A stretch of 64,000 bases of DNA, taken from the IMG/VR virus record IMGVR_UViG_3300021977_000001; one strand, 5' to 3'. Both the position numbers and the translations under genes were made by a program. Shown here piece by piece: positions 38,619 through 49,001 of the stretch. Numbering within the stretch: the stretch's first letter is position 1; each line of letters opens with the position of its first letter. The notes under the pieces were generated by a model. The model worked only from the letters and a program-made list of their open reading frames with translations, had not been told where the DNA came from and did not search any database. This DNA is from a virus.

Positions 38619-40695
38619 GTGTTATTTCCTTTACAGCTACTTCCACATTAGCAATACGTATTGAACCTAACGTACGTGCCTGGGTATGAAGTGATGCAGT
38701 ATCGAGTTGATTAAGGGAGAACTGTGCATACGATGGGCTAACGTCATTTAACCTTAACACGGCCGCTTGACTATCTAAACGCCCCATGTCGGTTCGCATG
38801 CTGGCGTCTTTGATTCGCATCGTCGAATGGTAGTCACCGTCGTTGTGAGAACCTGATATGTCCAGTTCAGAGATTTTAAAACGATTAGTATCAACACTGA
38901 ACGCGTTTTGACCTAATAAGGTAGGAACTACGTTAATGTCGTAACTTGTTAATTGATTAAGAATAGATACAAGTGCCGCCTGTATAGACTCAGCAGTCGT
39001 ATCGGTAGAGGCATCGCTACCTGTAGAGGTTTCAAGTATAACATCCATAAATGCTTGCGCATCGGTTAAACTGATATCCTCAACATCAATGTCATTGACG
39101 AACAGCCACTGATCATACGAGCTAATGTTGCTCAATGTTAATTCTTTAGACTGTGTGATGCGATTAAATAGAATACGCAGATCTGCTTTCTCTTCTAACT
39201 TACTCGCCATGTTAGAGGCGGTCAGTATAGACGCAATAACATTATATACCGCCTGTACATGTTCAAAGAACCCTTCTGCGTTAATAATGTTAGATGTTGT
39301 AGGTAGGCTTAAGAACATACTACGATAAGGCTCGACGTATTTTGGATTAAGACCTTCGATAAACGTATCCCAGTCCTGCAAGACCGGTTCTACCGTAAGT
39401 AGTGTAGTAAAGGTAGGGATAGTGTCTAAGGTAACGCCCAGTGTACGATTAAACAAATACAGATAGAGAATAAAGGCATCCGCCGCACTGATCTGTAGTA
39501 TGTTACCACTATGCGGGTTAACTAATGTAACGTTACCGCTATAGACGCCCGTGTTAGATAAATACGCCCAGTGTTCTAATAGTAACTGACTCAGATTCAC
39601 TGCTTCAAAACTGTCGTTAATTTCAACCACAGATTCTACAACTTTAGTCAATACTCTATCACGCCCTGACCGCTGCATTTTAAGCACCCACTCATCCGTG
39701 AGTTCTTCTGCATTTAATCCATTATCAGACGCAAAGTCTTGAACTAGCTGCGTTAGCTCATCTGGCGTGTATATTTGAATAGCATCAGCGCTAACTAAGG
39801 AATCGTTAAGGGGGTAACGTATTACGTCTATTTCCGGACGAATAGAATCAGGTAGACTATCTGTACGATGACGCAGATCGTACGCGTATAGCGGTAGACC
39901 ACGTTGAGTCAATAGGTTTTCTATTAACAACTTAAACGTTGATGTCTTACCTGAGTTCTTATAAATGTAACGAATGTTTCTATATAGAAACAACGCCTGG
40001 GCGGTACTTAATGTATCTCTAAATCCACTCAGTCCACCACGGCTAGCAAGATAAGTCCAAACATGATAGCTGTGGGCTTTATACGTCTTAGCGTTATCTA
40101 ACCGTATGTTAACAATAGCGTTAGGGAGATGGCTATACATAACACCCATAGCTGCTGCTAAATAGAGATCATCGCTGATAGTATAGTCGTTAATATGCCA
40201 ACGCAGCATGTGTCGACGTATCCATGTCTGGATACGGTTAACTAAATCAGCCTCGTTAGCCTCTACTAAGTCATCGTTGTAGTGTAGGATATCCCAATCC
40301 GCTGCAGACAATGCTACGTCTATGTCAACGGGATTAACAATACCACGTATTAGTGTTTCTTGTTCTGGGTAACGAGCAAGAAGTGAGAGGTAAGCTTCGG
40401 AGTTAAACGTATAGGCTTTCGCCGTAGAACGATGTATCTCTAAACTTTCTCGGGTGAATGCTATGACCTCTAAAGTATCAAGGGATGTTACCGTCATTGG
40501 CGTATCAAAACTATGATACTGCCCATTTAAATTAAGATAATACTTCCACGTACTCGGATCGGTTTCATCAACGTCTACTCCATAAAGAGTGAGCTCTGCA
40601 TTAATAGCAGCAGCGACTTCGCTGGATTTTAAAATGATCGAACGAGCTAGATTAATACAGCTTTGTCGATAAAGATCGTAGGTAGAGTCAGACAT
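38611..40695 (-). CDS. phiKZ-like virion structural (baseplate-type) protein
   Basis: 694 aa; WKYYLNLNGQYH, LFLYRNIRYI..N.GK..TF motifs; divergent from portal. Confidence 0.65.
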   Translation of the reverse strand: MSDSTYDLYRQSCINLARSIILKSSEVAAAINAELTLYGVDVDETDPSTWKYYLNLNGQYHSFDTPMTVTSLDTLEVIAFTRESLEIHRSTAKAYTFNSEAYLSLLARYPEQETLIRGIVNPVDIDVALSAADWDILHYNDDLVEANEADLVNRIQTWIRRHMLRWHINDYTISDDLYLAAAMGVMYSHLPNAIVNIRLDNAKTYKAHSYHVWTYLASRGGLSGFRDTLSTAQALFLYRNIRYIYKNSGKTSTFKLLIENLLTQRGLPLYAYDLRHRTDSLPDSIRPEIDVIRYPLNDSLVSADAIQIYTPDELTQLVQDFASDNGLNAEELTDEWVLKMQRSGRDRVLTKVVESVVEINDSFEAVNLSQLLLEHWAYLSNTGVYSGNVTLVNPHSGNILQISAADAFILYLYLFNRTLGVTLDTIPTFTTLLTVEPVLQDWDTFIEGLNPKYVEPYRSMFLSLPTTSNIINAEGFFEHVQAVYNVIASILTASNMASKLEEKADLRILFNRITQSKELTLSNISSYDQWLFVNDIDVEDISLTDAQAFMDVILETSTGSDASTDTTAESIQAALVSILNQLTSYDINVVPTLLGQNAFSVDTNRFKISELDISGSHNDGDYHSTMRIKDASMRTDMGRLDSQAAVLRLNDVSPSYAQFSLNQLDTASLHTQARTLGSIRIANVEVAVKEITHD

Positions 40696-40735
40696 ATTGC
40701 ACTTCGCTCTTTATTACAGTTATAGGTAAATACAC

Positions 40736-43393
40736 ATGGCAATAGAACATATTCGTAAACATGCCCATCCCCGCCACGATGCCGATCAAGGCATGACGCC
40801 AGAGATTAAGGCAATTGTTGATAAGATCGTCCAGCCAGGACAAGGCGACGGTCAGATACCCTCTAAGACTAAAGCACCATCGCTTAACGTCATGGAGACT
40901 ATCTCTAATAACATCGCCACCAATGTCAATGACGCTAGGGCTATTTTTGAAATACTGCCTGATACAGAAATGGCCATGCAGGTGTTGGTGTCTTCTATTC
41001 TATCGCCTAAAGACATGATCTCTACGGAAATAACATTTACCTCAGGGATTGCTGGCGAGGCAGCAGAAGTGGCATCAGGTGTCATAAGAATTATCCAAAA
41101 CTATTTCATCAAGGAATTTGGTTTACGTCGACGCCTCACTACAATATTGCAGGACGCGTTATTTAAGACAGGTAGTTACCCTATTGCTATCATTCCTGAA
41201 AATGGATTAGATGCACTGATTAATGGTAACGACACCGTGTCGTCAGAAAGCGTTAAAGAGTTCTTTGTCCCGTCTTCTAACAGCGTTAAACCTGTAGGGT
41301 TATTAGGTAACCCGGGTGCAGATAAGCAGGTAAGTTTAGAAAACCTATTCTCAGAACCCACCACGCCAGATAGCTATAAGAAGTTCAATGCGTATACGGA
41401 AGTTACTGATAACTTCAATGCTCTTAAAGTGCCTAGTTTATTATCTAAAGCACGTCAGCATGCTGTGGCGTCTGCATTTGAACGTCAGGGTGTAGCTGGG
41501 GTACATATCAGTAATGAGGCAGCAAGGGATAGTGAGGGTGGTGAGCGTGCGACGGTACTTAAAACAGCGTATCGCCGCCGCGTCTATACTCAGCGCTCTG
41601 CTGTACAACTTCAGACCAGTGAAACGCTTAACCGTGAATCGGTAGGTCATCCGCTAATAATGAAGTTACCTAGTGAGGCGGTCATTCCCGTTCACGTACC
41701 GTCAGACCCTTCTAACCACATCGGTTATTATGTTCTATTAGATAAGAATGGTAACCCTATTACGCGGGCTAAGGATGCTAAATATTTCACCAACCTTAAA
41801 CAACGGGTGAAAAAAGAGAATGAAGGAACCTCTGAGCTCATCGAGCAGGTTAGACAAGGCATGTACGGTAACCGTAATACGGTTGCTGAAGCGTCTGAAA
41901 ATGAGATCATTAACGCCTATACGTCGTTAATAGAAAACGATCTTGTAGCACGTCTAGAAGCCGGTATCTATAACGATAACGCAACGCTATCGTGTCCGGA
42001 AGAAGTAGGACGTATCATGCTTGCGCGTGCTTTATCTAAAATGCATACGCAGGTGTTGTTTGTACCCGCTGAATTAATGACGTATGTGGCGTTTGATTAC
42101 AACGATAACGGTACGGGTCGATCGCTAATTGAAGGGTCTAAGATCATTGCGTCGTTACGTGCTATGACGATGTTTGCTAATACCATGGCAGGTATTAAGA
42201 ACTCTAATAGCCGGACTAAGCTTAACATTACCCTAGATGAAGATGATCCTGATCCAGCGAATACCGTTGAAAAGATCATGCATAACTTCACTAAGAACCA
42301 TCAGTTGTCTTATCCGCTAGGCACCATTGACCCATCGGACATTACAGGTTACCTGCAACGTTCTTCGGTCGATATCAACGTAGAGGGTCACCCTGCGTAT
42401 CCAAGTACAAAGACCAACATTGAAGATGGTCAACGTAGTGTTATTAATGTCGATACTGACTTAGAAGAAACATTACGTAACCGTCACTTCATGTCGATGC
42501 ATATTGCGCCTGAGATTGTAGATTCTACATTGGATGTTGAATTTGCTACTAATGTGGTAGGGTCTAACTTACTATTAGCTAAGCGCGTGATCATCTATCA
42601 AGATACGCTATGTGATCACCTATCTGACTTTATTCGTAAGTTTACTAATAACTCATCAGTGCTGATGGCTCAGATATCAAAACTTATTGATGAATCGGGT
42701 ATCAGTAAGAAACTTAAACAAGGCAATAAAGATGTAACAGACGATGGGACGTTTGATACGAAAGAATCATTAATCACGGAGATCATTGATTCAATTACCA
42801 TTAGTCTGCCAACCCCTGATACGGCTAAATTAGCAAATCAAGGGGCGTCTTTTGAAGAGTTTAATAGTTTACTTGAAGCAGCGCTACCTGCCTATGTTGA
42901 CTCTGAGATGTTTGACGGTATGTTAGATTCAGATCTTGAAGAAGGTATAGAAGGTACTATAGCGGCATTGCGTGGCTACTTCCAGCGACAATGGTTACGT
43001 AAGAATAACATCATGCCTGAATTAGAAGGAATGGTGTCTGAAGGGTCTAATGAAAGCTTTGATATTGTCAATGTACATAAAGACCATGCCAAGGCTATCC
43101 TAGACCCCATGCAGAAACTATTACGGATGATGCGTAAGGAAGGACAAAAGGCACAAAGTAACTTGGATGCTGATCGTGATGAGATGACCAAGGCTTCTGA
43201 AGAGAAAGATCAAATGATCCAAACACTGCAAGAAGAACTTGAAGCATTAAAAGCTAAACTTGGAGGTAGTGAGGAAGCGGAGGAACCTGTAGATGACAAT
43301 ACAGACATCCCTGAAGACCTAGAAAATGAAGAAGAATCAGAAACACCACCTAGTGAGGAACCAGGTGCTGAGGACGATCTACCACCACTTTAA
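40736..43393 (+). CDS. portal protein (phiKZ gp129-like)
   Basis: 885 aa; LPDTEMAMQVLVSSILSPKD, LMKLPSEAVIPVH, acidic C-tail, S-x-E protease-type sites; synteny. Confidence 0.75.
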   Translation: MAIEHIRKHAHPRHDADQGMTPEIKAIVDKIVQPGQGDGQIPSKTKAPSLNVMETISNNIATNVNDARAIFEILPDTEMAMQVLVSSILSPKDMISTEITFTSGIAGEAAEVASGVIRIIQNYFIKEFGLRRRLTTILQDALFKTGSYPIAIIPENGLDALINGNDTVSSESVKEFFVPSSNSVKPVGLLGNPGADKQVSLENLFSEPTTPDSYKKFNAYTEVTDNFNALKVPSLLSKARQHAVASAFERQGVAGVHISNEAARDSEGGERATVLKTAYRRRVYTQRSAVQLQTSETLNRESVGHPLIMKLPSEAVIPVHVPSDPSNHIGYYVLLDKNGNPITRAKDAKYFTNLKQRVKKENEGTSELIEQVRQGMYGNRNTVAEASENEIINAYTSLIENDLVARLEAGIYNDNATLSCPEEVGRIMLARALSKMHTQVLFVPAELMTYVAFDYNDNGTGRSLIEGSKIIASLRAMTMFANTMAGIKNSNSRTKLNITLDEDDPDPANTVEKIMHNFTKNHQLSYPLGTIDPSDITGYLQRSSVDINVEGHPAYPSTKTNIEDGQRSVINVDTDLEETLRNRHFMSMHIAPEIVDSTLDVEFATNVVGSNLLLAKRVIIYQDTLCDHLSDFIRKFTNNSSVLMAQISKLIDESGISKKLKQGNKDVTDDGTFDTKESLITEIIDSITISLPTPDTAKLANQGASFEEFNSLLEAALPAYVDSEMFDGMLDSDLEEGIEGTIAALRGYFQRQWLRKNNIMPELEGMVSEGSNESFDIVNVHKDHAKAILDPMQKLLRMMRKEGQKAQSNLDADRDEMTKASEEKDQMIQTLQEELEALKAKLGGSEEAEEPVDDNTDIPEDLENEEESETPPSEEPGAEDDLPPL

Positions 43394-43438
43394 GGCATAA
43401 CTTGTAGGGTAGCTTAGACTACCCTACTTTATGCCGTC
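43394..43438. terminator. bidirectional hairpin, TTATGCCGTC (+) / TTATGCC (-)
   Basis: gtagggtag/ctaccctac between portal and convergent gene. Confidence 0.75.
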
Positions 43439-43457
43439 ACAGACGCATACAGAAGCA

Positions 43458-43658
43458 CTATTGGTTCTTTTTGTTACGACGTCTTTGTTTTCTTGCTTCT
43501 TTAGCTTTCTTACGACCACGAAGACGTTTATTACGCGCTGCTTCGTCTTCACAACGAATCTTACCGCGTTTACTTGGTGAGGGTATTACCGTATCGGCAG
43601 AGAAACTAGCAGCCATAGCTGCTGTTAACAATCCATTCATACGGGGTTTAGAAAACAT
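43458..43658 (-). CDS. small Arg/Lys-rich protein
   Basis: 66 aa, AAGG RBS, RGRKKAKEARKQRRRNKK; flanked by terminators. Confidence 0.55.
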   Translation of the reverse strand: MFSKPRMNGLLTAAMAASFSADTVIPSPSKRGKIRCEDEAARNKRLRGRKKAKEARKQRRRNKKNQ

Positions 43659-43690
43659 AATTAACGTTCCTTATTTTTATTATCGAAGAC

Positions 43691-43721
43691 AAAAAAAGGA
43701 GAGGGCAATAACCCCCTCTCC
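43691..43721 (-). terminator. canonical intrinsic terminator (U-tract)
   Basis: ggagaggg/ccctctcc stem followed by T7 on minus strand. Confidence 0.7.
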
Positions 43722-43775
43722 AAATGTCTGGCCCTAACACCAGACGCCCTTTTAAAGGGGTGAGGTCGTAGACGC

Positions 43776-45848
43776 TTATTCGCGCCACAGGCCTAATGCA
43801 TAGTAGTCTTTACTTAACCAACCCGGTAGAACCTTTAGGCGGTATCCATCAATAGTATCGATGAAGTAATGACGTACGTGTAGATCTTTAGTACGTGCAT
43901 AGAGATCTTGCAGTACTTTAAACTCTACAGGGTTAACAGATTGTTTCACCGATGCGATAGGTTGATCTTTATCGACTTTAAGTTCCATTGACTTAAGCGT
44001 CCACGGTACTTGAGTGATAGAGATTACATCAGTAAGGAAAACAACAGCGTAGTCTTCAGTGGTTAGATCTAGTGTGTCTGGATCTTCTACGTTTTCAAAG
44101 AACCCAGATAACTCAGTATCTTCAGCCACCTCTACAATGTTATCTTTAAGGCGATCTGCCTTATATGTTTCTTTCAGATAGTTACTTACTTCCGGTGCAC
44201 TTACCGCAGAGAATAACAATGGAATCAGATCATTGATTTTATCTGCAAATAGCTTACGTACACTTTCACCATGCTCATTGGCGATTTCGGTAAGTAACTC
44301 AGCATAGTCACTTAACTCATCAATAGTCCAACTTACCGACATAGAGTAGTTAAGTGCATCATTGATCATACCAATCGCACGCTTGGTGATTTGACCGCAG
44401 AAACGCTCAGGCATATCTAGGTTAGACATAACAGAGATGAATTGATCCATAGTCTCTGCCTTTGCAAGATCATCAGCACCTTTGCGGTCTATACGATAAG
44501 CGATAGGTTTAAGGTGACGGTATTGGAATTCCAAAATGGCATCTTCAGGGATCTTGATACGTTTGCTGTTTAAAGCTTGGCGTAAGTAGAATTCTGCTTG
44601 CTGATCAGAGTGCGCATCAATCAGGTTAGTAAACTGTACAGCTGGAGTCACTTCGCCCTCCTCAGTCTCATCATCTAAGATGGTGGCAGTTGCATTGATG
44701 TAGTGATAGTCTTTCCAACCATCACCTTGAACAGAGCCACTAGGTGCTCCAAGTGATTGTGTCTTAAGGGCTGCGTCTAATTCGTGTTGTTCGTAATCCA
44801 TGAATTCACCTTTCTCTTGTATGACTTCGACGAGGTAACCATCTTTGTGTGGTAAGTAAATACGCTCGTGCGTGTTAGGGTTGTAAGTTAAATTAAATGG
44901 CAATAAGGGCTTTAGTGCCATATGGTCTGGTAAGTCGTTATAGAATAACGGGGCTTCATAAGCAGGAGTAGTGTCGTTATCAAAGCTAACGGTATCAGCA
45001 GTTTTAACATCAGGGATATCCCACGCCGCACTCCGTCTATTTTCACTACCTGTACTCCATGATGTTTTGACAGCATTATCGTTAGTTGGCGCTGTCTTAC
45101 CTACATCCACTTCCTGATAATCATGCAGGCCACCTCGTCTGCCCGTATCTAGTACCGACCGGTGCTGGTTAGGCTGAGGTGTGTTAAACATGCCACGCAT
45201 ATTACCACCGTTACCATTGAAGGTATTAGGCTGATTGAAACCCATCTGAGTACCACCCTGCCATTGGGTTTGGCGAGGTTGATAGTTATTACCCCCACCG
45301 TAACCACCTTGGTTGTAACCGCCCTGATTACCGCCCCACGCAGGTTGTTGATTGCGTTGTTGGAACTGTAAGATCTGTTGCTTAATCTGCTCAAACTCAC
45401 CTAGGGTGCTGTTAACAGAGTTAACGATATTAGGATCTTGAACTAGCTGCTGTAGTGGCTGATACGTAACCGCATTAATTGAAGCATAGATGCCTGTCAT
45501 CTTTTGTGCAACCATAGCCGCAGCTGAATCAACATTATTACCATGCGTGTTAGCAGCAAGTACCATTTCTAAGAAACCGCCAGCAGAGACAAGTAACTCA
45601 TCATACTGCTGATTGTTATACATGTTGCTTGCCATCTGATTAAACAAGAACGTACGTAACGGATTACGCGGTGCTTGTTCTTGTAACTGATGACGTAGAT
45701 GTCCATCTAACATCTTAAAGGCTTCTGGCCCTAGCTGCATGGGGAAACCGTTAGGGGGGTTTCTGCCAGGAACCGAGTACGGCAATCCATGGATAAAGAA
45801 TTGCTGACTTGGAGCATTAGCGTCAAAGGGTAAATTACCGGGGTACAT
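43776..45848 (-). CDS. conserved hypothetical protein with Q/N/G low-complexity segment
   Basis: 690 aa, GAGG RBS, directly downstream of the nvRNAP subunit. Confidence 0.65.
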   Translation of the reverse strand: MYPGNLPFDANAPSQQFFIHGLPYSVPGRNPPNGFPMQLGPEAFKMLDGHLRHQLQEQAPRNPLRTFLFNQMASNMYNNQQYDELLVSAGGFLEMVLAANTHGNNVDSAAAMVAQKMTGIYASINAVTYQPLQQLVQDPNIVNSVNSTLGEFEQIKQQILQFQQRNQQPAWGGNQGGYNQGGYGGGNNYQPRQTQWQGGTQMGFNQPNTFNGNGGNMRGMFNTPQPNQHRSVLDTGRRGGLHDYQEVDVGKTAPTNDNAVKTSWSTGSENRRSAAWDIPDVKTADTVSFDNDTTPAYEAPLFYNDLPDHMALKPLLPFNLTYNPNTHERIYLPHKDGYLVEVIQEKGEFMDYEQHELDAALKTQSLGAPSGSVQGDGWKDYHYINATATILDDETEEGEVTPAVQFTNLIDAHSDQQAEFYLRQALNSKRIKIPEDAILEFQYRHLKPIAYRIDRKGADDLAKAETMDQFISVMSNLDMPERFCGQITKRAIGMINDALNYSMSVSWTIDELSDYAELLTEIANEHGESVRKLFADKINDLIPLLFSAVSAPEVSNYLKETYKADRLKDNIVEVAEDTELSGFFENVEDPDTLDLTTEDYAVVFLTDVISITQVPWTLKSMELKVDKDQPIASVKQSVNPVEFKVLQDLYARTKDLHVRHYFIDTIDGYRLKVLPGWLSKDYYALGLWRE

Positions 45849-45895
45849 AAGAGACCTCGTTGTTATTTGTCAAATATTTAAAAGTGATGATAGTG

Positions 45896-47512
45896 CTATG
45901 TGCGTGCAATCTTCGCCTGCACACTTTCTATCAGATCTGTGAAGCGCGGATCAGGAATCATCTCACCTTCAGGTGTTACGTTTAGATATGGATTAATCTG
46001 ACCGTGACCTGTTGGACAAGAACTTGGCTGATTCCCATAACTACATACTTCAGCCAACGAAGCGTGTAGTAGTCGTGATGGTTTAGTCTTCGTCCCGCTG
46101 CGAGAGCCAGTCGCATCAGTCTGAGGTACCACCTTGTTAGTCATCTTGAACATGAGATTATCACCGGCCGTAGAGAGAGAACTTACCTCACCATGTCCTG
46201 TGTTTATCTTACGTATAGTATCAAACTTCAGATACTTGTCCATAAGCTTTTCTATGTCCTTGACAGCTAGGGTTTTGTTTTTGTTAGAGTTTAACTTAAA
46301 GGTAAAATTAAATATTGCCTTTATCACATCTAGTAATATATATCTCAAGGTTGTTAGCTTCTTACCATACAGGTTAGATACATCCGTTGTGATGATAATT
46401 TCATTCATGGTTTCGATAATATAAGCAAATAAAGCATACGTGTCTTTACACTCTATCCCCTCACGTTCTAGGTTCATTTGAACCAGGCCATCAATGTAAT
46501 AATCTAGACTTACTAAATGCGCATCGATATCTTCTAACAGCCTACCTTCATTTACTTTACTCTTAAAGATAACATGCCCCATCAATACACGCCATAGACG
46601 CGTATCATCGATATACTCTGGGCGAATACGTTGAGTAAAATGATCTGCAAGGTAGAATAACGTGGCGAGTAAGTTGTCAGATAGCCTACTGCGCTGCTCA
46701 CGCTTACAGGCAACACGCAGCTGCGTAGGTTGATAACCCTTACCTTTAACGCTGATAGGTTGTAGATGTAAACTCTCTACAATAATCCAATCTGATTTAG
46801 GATGTGACTGCTCGGTGATGGTGTTACGATCACCTACTACAACATCCATACCGCAGAAGCGTTTGAAGGTTTCTGTCACGCCATACTTACAAAACAGATA
46901 ATGACCTAAGGTACTTACCATATTGAGACGTAGACCGCCCATGTAAATAATCTTAGAACCTTTATCTTTTTGACGCAGATGATAAATGGTACTCCATGGA
47001 ATACTTAGAGTTTCTTTAACACCATCAATGACTAGGTTGTGTGTGACCCGTTCAAAGGTAAGTTTGTCACGTGTTAATGCAACGAATAGTTTCCCATCGT
47101 CTACTGAGAATAGATTATCAACCATAACTGGATTAATAACATATTTAGAACCGTTCACGCGTATAACACCACCTGGTCCTACAAAAGGCAACTGCATAGA
47201 GCGCGGATAAAGCTTTTGACCATGGTAGCTAAAATTATACTGAAGCATGTAGAAGTCACTTGGCGCAAGATTGAACTCAGCGCGCGATGATCGCTTACGT
47301 GTCATGTAAGCATACTGCTGCTCCGGTGTTGCTCTTTTGTACTCTCCATCGTACGTAAATCCCTCTGGAAAGCTTCGTGCTGCACATTTCCACACATGGT
47401 CGATGTATTGCTCGACTTCACGCATCTGCTCTACTACTAACCCTTTCGCCAGTATAGGGTTAAACTTAGGCACATGTTGCTCGTGTATGTGTTTAAATAA
47501 ATATTGATCCAT
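45896..47512 (-). CDS. non-virion RNA polymerase beta-type subunit (phiKZ gp123-like)
   Basis: 538 aa; LPFVGPGG.I..NGSKY.I.PV, KKL...YIL.D, SRLLHAS..E, GQINP; located two genes from the major capsid gene as in phiKZ. Confidence 0.78.
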   Translation of the reverse strand: MDQYLFKHIHEQHVPKFNPILAKGLVVEQMREVEQYIDHVWKCAARSFPEGFTYDGEYKRATPEQQYAYMTRKRSSRAEFNLAPSDFYMLQYNFSYHGQKLYPRSMQLPFVGPGGVIRVNGSKYVINPVMVDNLFSVDDGKLFVALTRDKLTFERVTHNLVIDGVKETLSIPWSTIYHLRQKDKGSKIIYMGGLRLNMVSTLGHYLFCKYGVTETFKRFCGMDVVVGDRNTITEQSHPKSDWIIVESLHLQPISVKGKGYQPTQLRVACKREQRSRLSDNLLATLFYLADHFTQRIRPEYIDDTRLWRVLMGHVIFKSKVNEGRLLEDIDAHLVSLDYYIDGLVQMNLEREGIECKDTYALFAYIIETMNEIIITTDVSNLYGKKLTTLRYILLDVIKAIFNFTFKLNSNKNKTLAVKDIEKLMDKYLKFDTIRKINTGHGEVSSLSTAGDNLMFKMTNKVVPQTDATGSRSGTKTKPSRLLHASLAEVCSYGNQPSSCPTGHGQINPYLNVTPEGEMIPDPRFTDLIESVQAKIART

Positions 47513-47608
47513 AGATCATCCTCCGATCAGTTATGTCGCAATTCGGACATAATGACACTTCCTTTAAAGCATCACCATAGGGTAGGTGTCCTCTGTATTT
47601 CTTGACGT

Positions 47609-48736
47609 TTAGTCACGCATCTTAGCCATTGCCGCCAGCGCAATGCCGATACCTGTTACTAACGCCCCACCTATTTTAAGTACCTCTACCCCTACACTTC
47701 TTTCATCTTTAACACGATCCAATCGTGCTTTTCTTTCCATCTCCTCCATTTTTCGTTGATGGTCACGTTCTTTACGTGCCTCTTCCTGTTGCTTAATACG
47801 TTCCTCTTGTTCTTTAGCTTTAATATCCGCACGTGCTTTATCAAGTTGGTAACGTTTCTCTAACTGCACTAACGCATCACCATGGGTAATGCACTCTTGC
47901 ATGCTGTAATACAGCATAGGTGTTTCAAAGTCAGTACCATCTAGACATGCTAGGGTATCGTATCTAACTCTAGAAGGTCCACCTATAAAGACCGCATCAG
48001 TTTCTGATACCGCTCCCCGTGTATGCGATGACCGAGATACCCATACGCCGTCTTCCATGTTTTCCGAACGCGTGGGTTTAATCTCCATTGCATCGCCATG
48101 TATATTGATATACAGGCTGTTATACCGACCCGCATTATCAACTAACATTACGGTAAAGTTGCTACGCGGTGCTTCTTTTTGATTCTTTTGATATTGACTA
48201 TAGATACTCGCCGCTGTGCGTGCAGCGTAAGGATGTATAACGTCAGTACCTTCAAATCCAATAGCAACATCTAAATTGGTGATATACAGACCGTTAGGTT
48301 GTGTTTGTATCGCCTTACCGCCAATAACGTATCGGACGGTAAACTGTAATCCTGATCGGTGTTTCTCAATATGATCTCCCCCGGTTATGGCTTCAATGAC
48401 TCGGTGTTGTTCGATGTTGTGGTTTTCAGTATCTTCTTCAACATCAAGCATTAACTGATTAATAAATTCATCCACACGATCATAAGCCACGAGGAACTGT
48501 TGTTCAATAACCAACTTACCTACGTGCTGCTGGGGCATGTTCATGTGTCTGTCCTCCATAGCAAGAGGAAATAAGATATTGTTACGATGTGCTAAGTACA
48601 GCACCTTACCTGTATAGTTGTAATAGCTTTCCGTAATACGTAACGCAGCTTGACGCGGTGGCGTGTACGAGGTTTCCTTGTATGCTTCTATATTTCTTAT
48701 ACGTGTAAAGTGCCCCTTGGTTGTTCTTTTATCCAT
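47609..48736 (-). CDS. conserved hypothetical protein (phiKZ gp122-like position)
   Basis: 375 aa; C-terminal charged coiled coil plus hydrophobic tail; TACATTAC promoter upstream. Confidence 0.6.
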   Translation of the reverse strand: MDKRTTKGHFTRIRNIEAYKETSYTPPRQAALRITESYYNYTGKVLYLAHRNNILFPLAMEDRHMNMPQQHVGKLVIEQQFLVAYDRVDEFINQLMLDVEEDTENHNIEQHRVIEAITGGDHIEKHRSGLQFTVRYVIGGKAIQTQPNGLYITNLDVAIGFEGTDVIHPYAARTAASIYSQYQKNQKEAPRSNFTVMLVDNAGRYNSLYINIHGDAMEIKPTRSENMEDGVWVSRSSHTRGAVSETDAVFIGGPSRVRYDTLACLDGTDFETPMLYYSMQECITHGDALVQLEKRYQLDKARADIKAKEQEERIKQQEEARKERDHQRKMEEMERKARLDRVKDERSVGVEVLKIGGALVTGIGIALAAMAKMRD

Positions 48737-48791
48737 CTGGCGTGATCTCTTTAACGGTTCCTATCGATAGTCTTAGCGCAAGACCATACTA

Positions 48792-48803
48792 GTAATGTAG
48801 GTG
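48792..48803 (-). promoter_or_regulatory. early promoter variant CACC-TACATTAC
   Basis: One mismatch; same terminator-then-promoter layout. Confidence 0.6.
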
Positions 48804-48817
48804 TGAAGTGTCGTCGA

Positions 48818-48863
48818 GACGGCATAGACGGCATAACACCCAGGAACCTTAAGTCCCTGAGTG
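48818..48863 (-). terminator. hairpin + tandem TATGCCGTC x2
   Basis: Minus strand: cactcagggac-ttaag-gttcctgggtg then TTATGCCGTC-TATGCCGTC. Confidence 0.7.
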
Positions 48864-48974
48864 CTACTTAACCACGCTAAGTGATCTTTTAATCGGTAAT
48901 GAAACCGGCATTGTCTTTTTTTAAATTGTAAATACGCAAGCGCATTTTTAACCAGATTGTTAATGAATCAGGTC

Positions 48975-48992
48975 AGGGAGGCGAACCTCCCT
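48975..48992 (-). terminator. UUCG hairpin after the major capsid gene
   Basis: Minus strand agggagg-ttcg-cctccct; no U-tract or TATGCC. Confidence 0.5.
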
Positions 48993-49001
48993 TGGGTATT
49001 A

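Noticed and set aside
46333-46340. TATATTAC on the minus strand inside the nvRNAP gene, also at 61585-61592 inside thyA
   Set aside because: Inside coding sequence, without the CACC/GACC-type context or terminator-promoter layout; an AT-rich 8-mer can occur by chance
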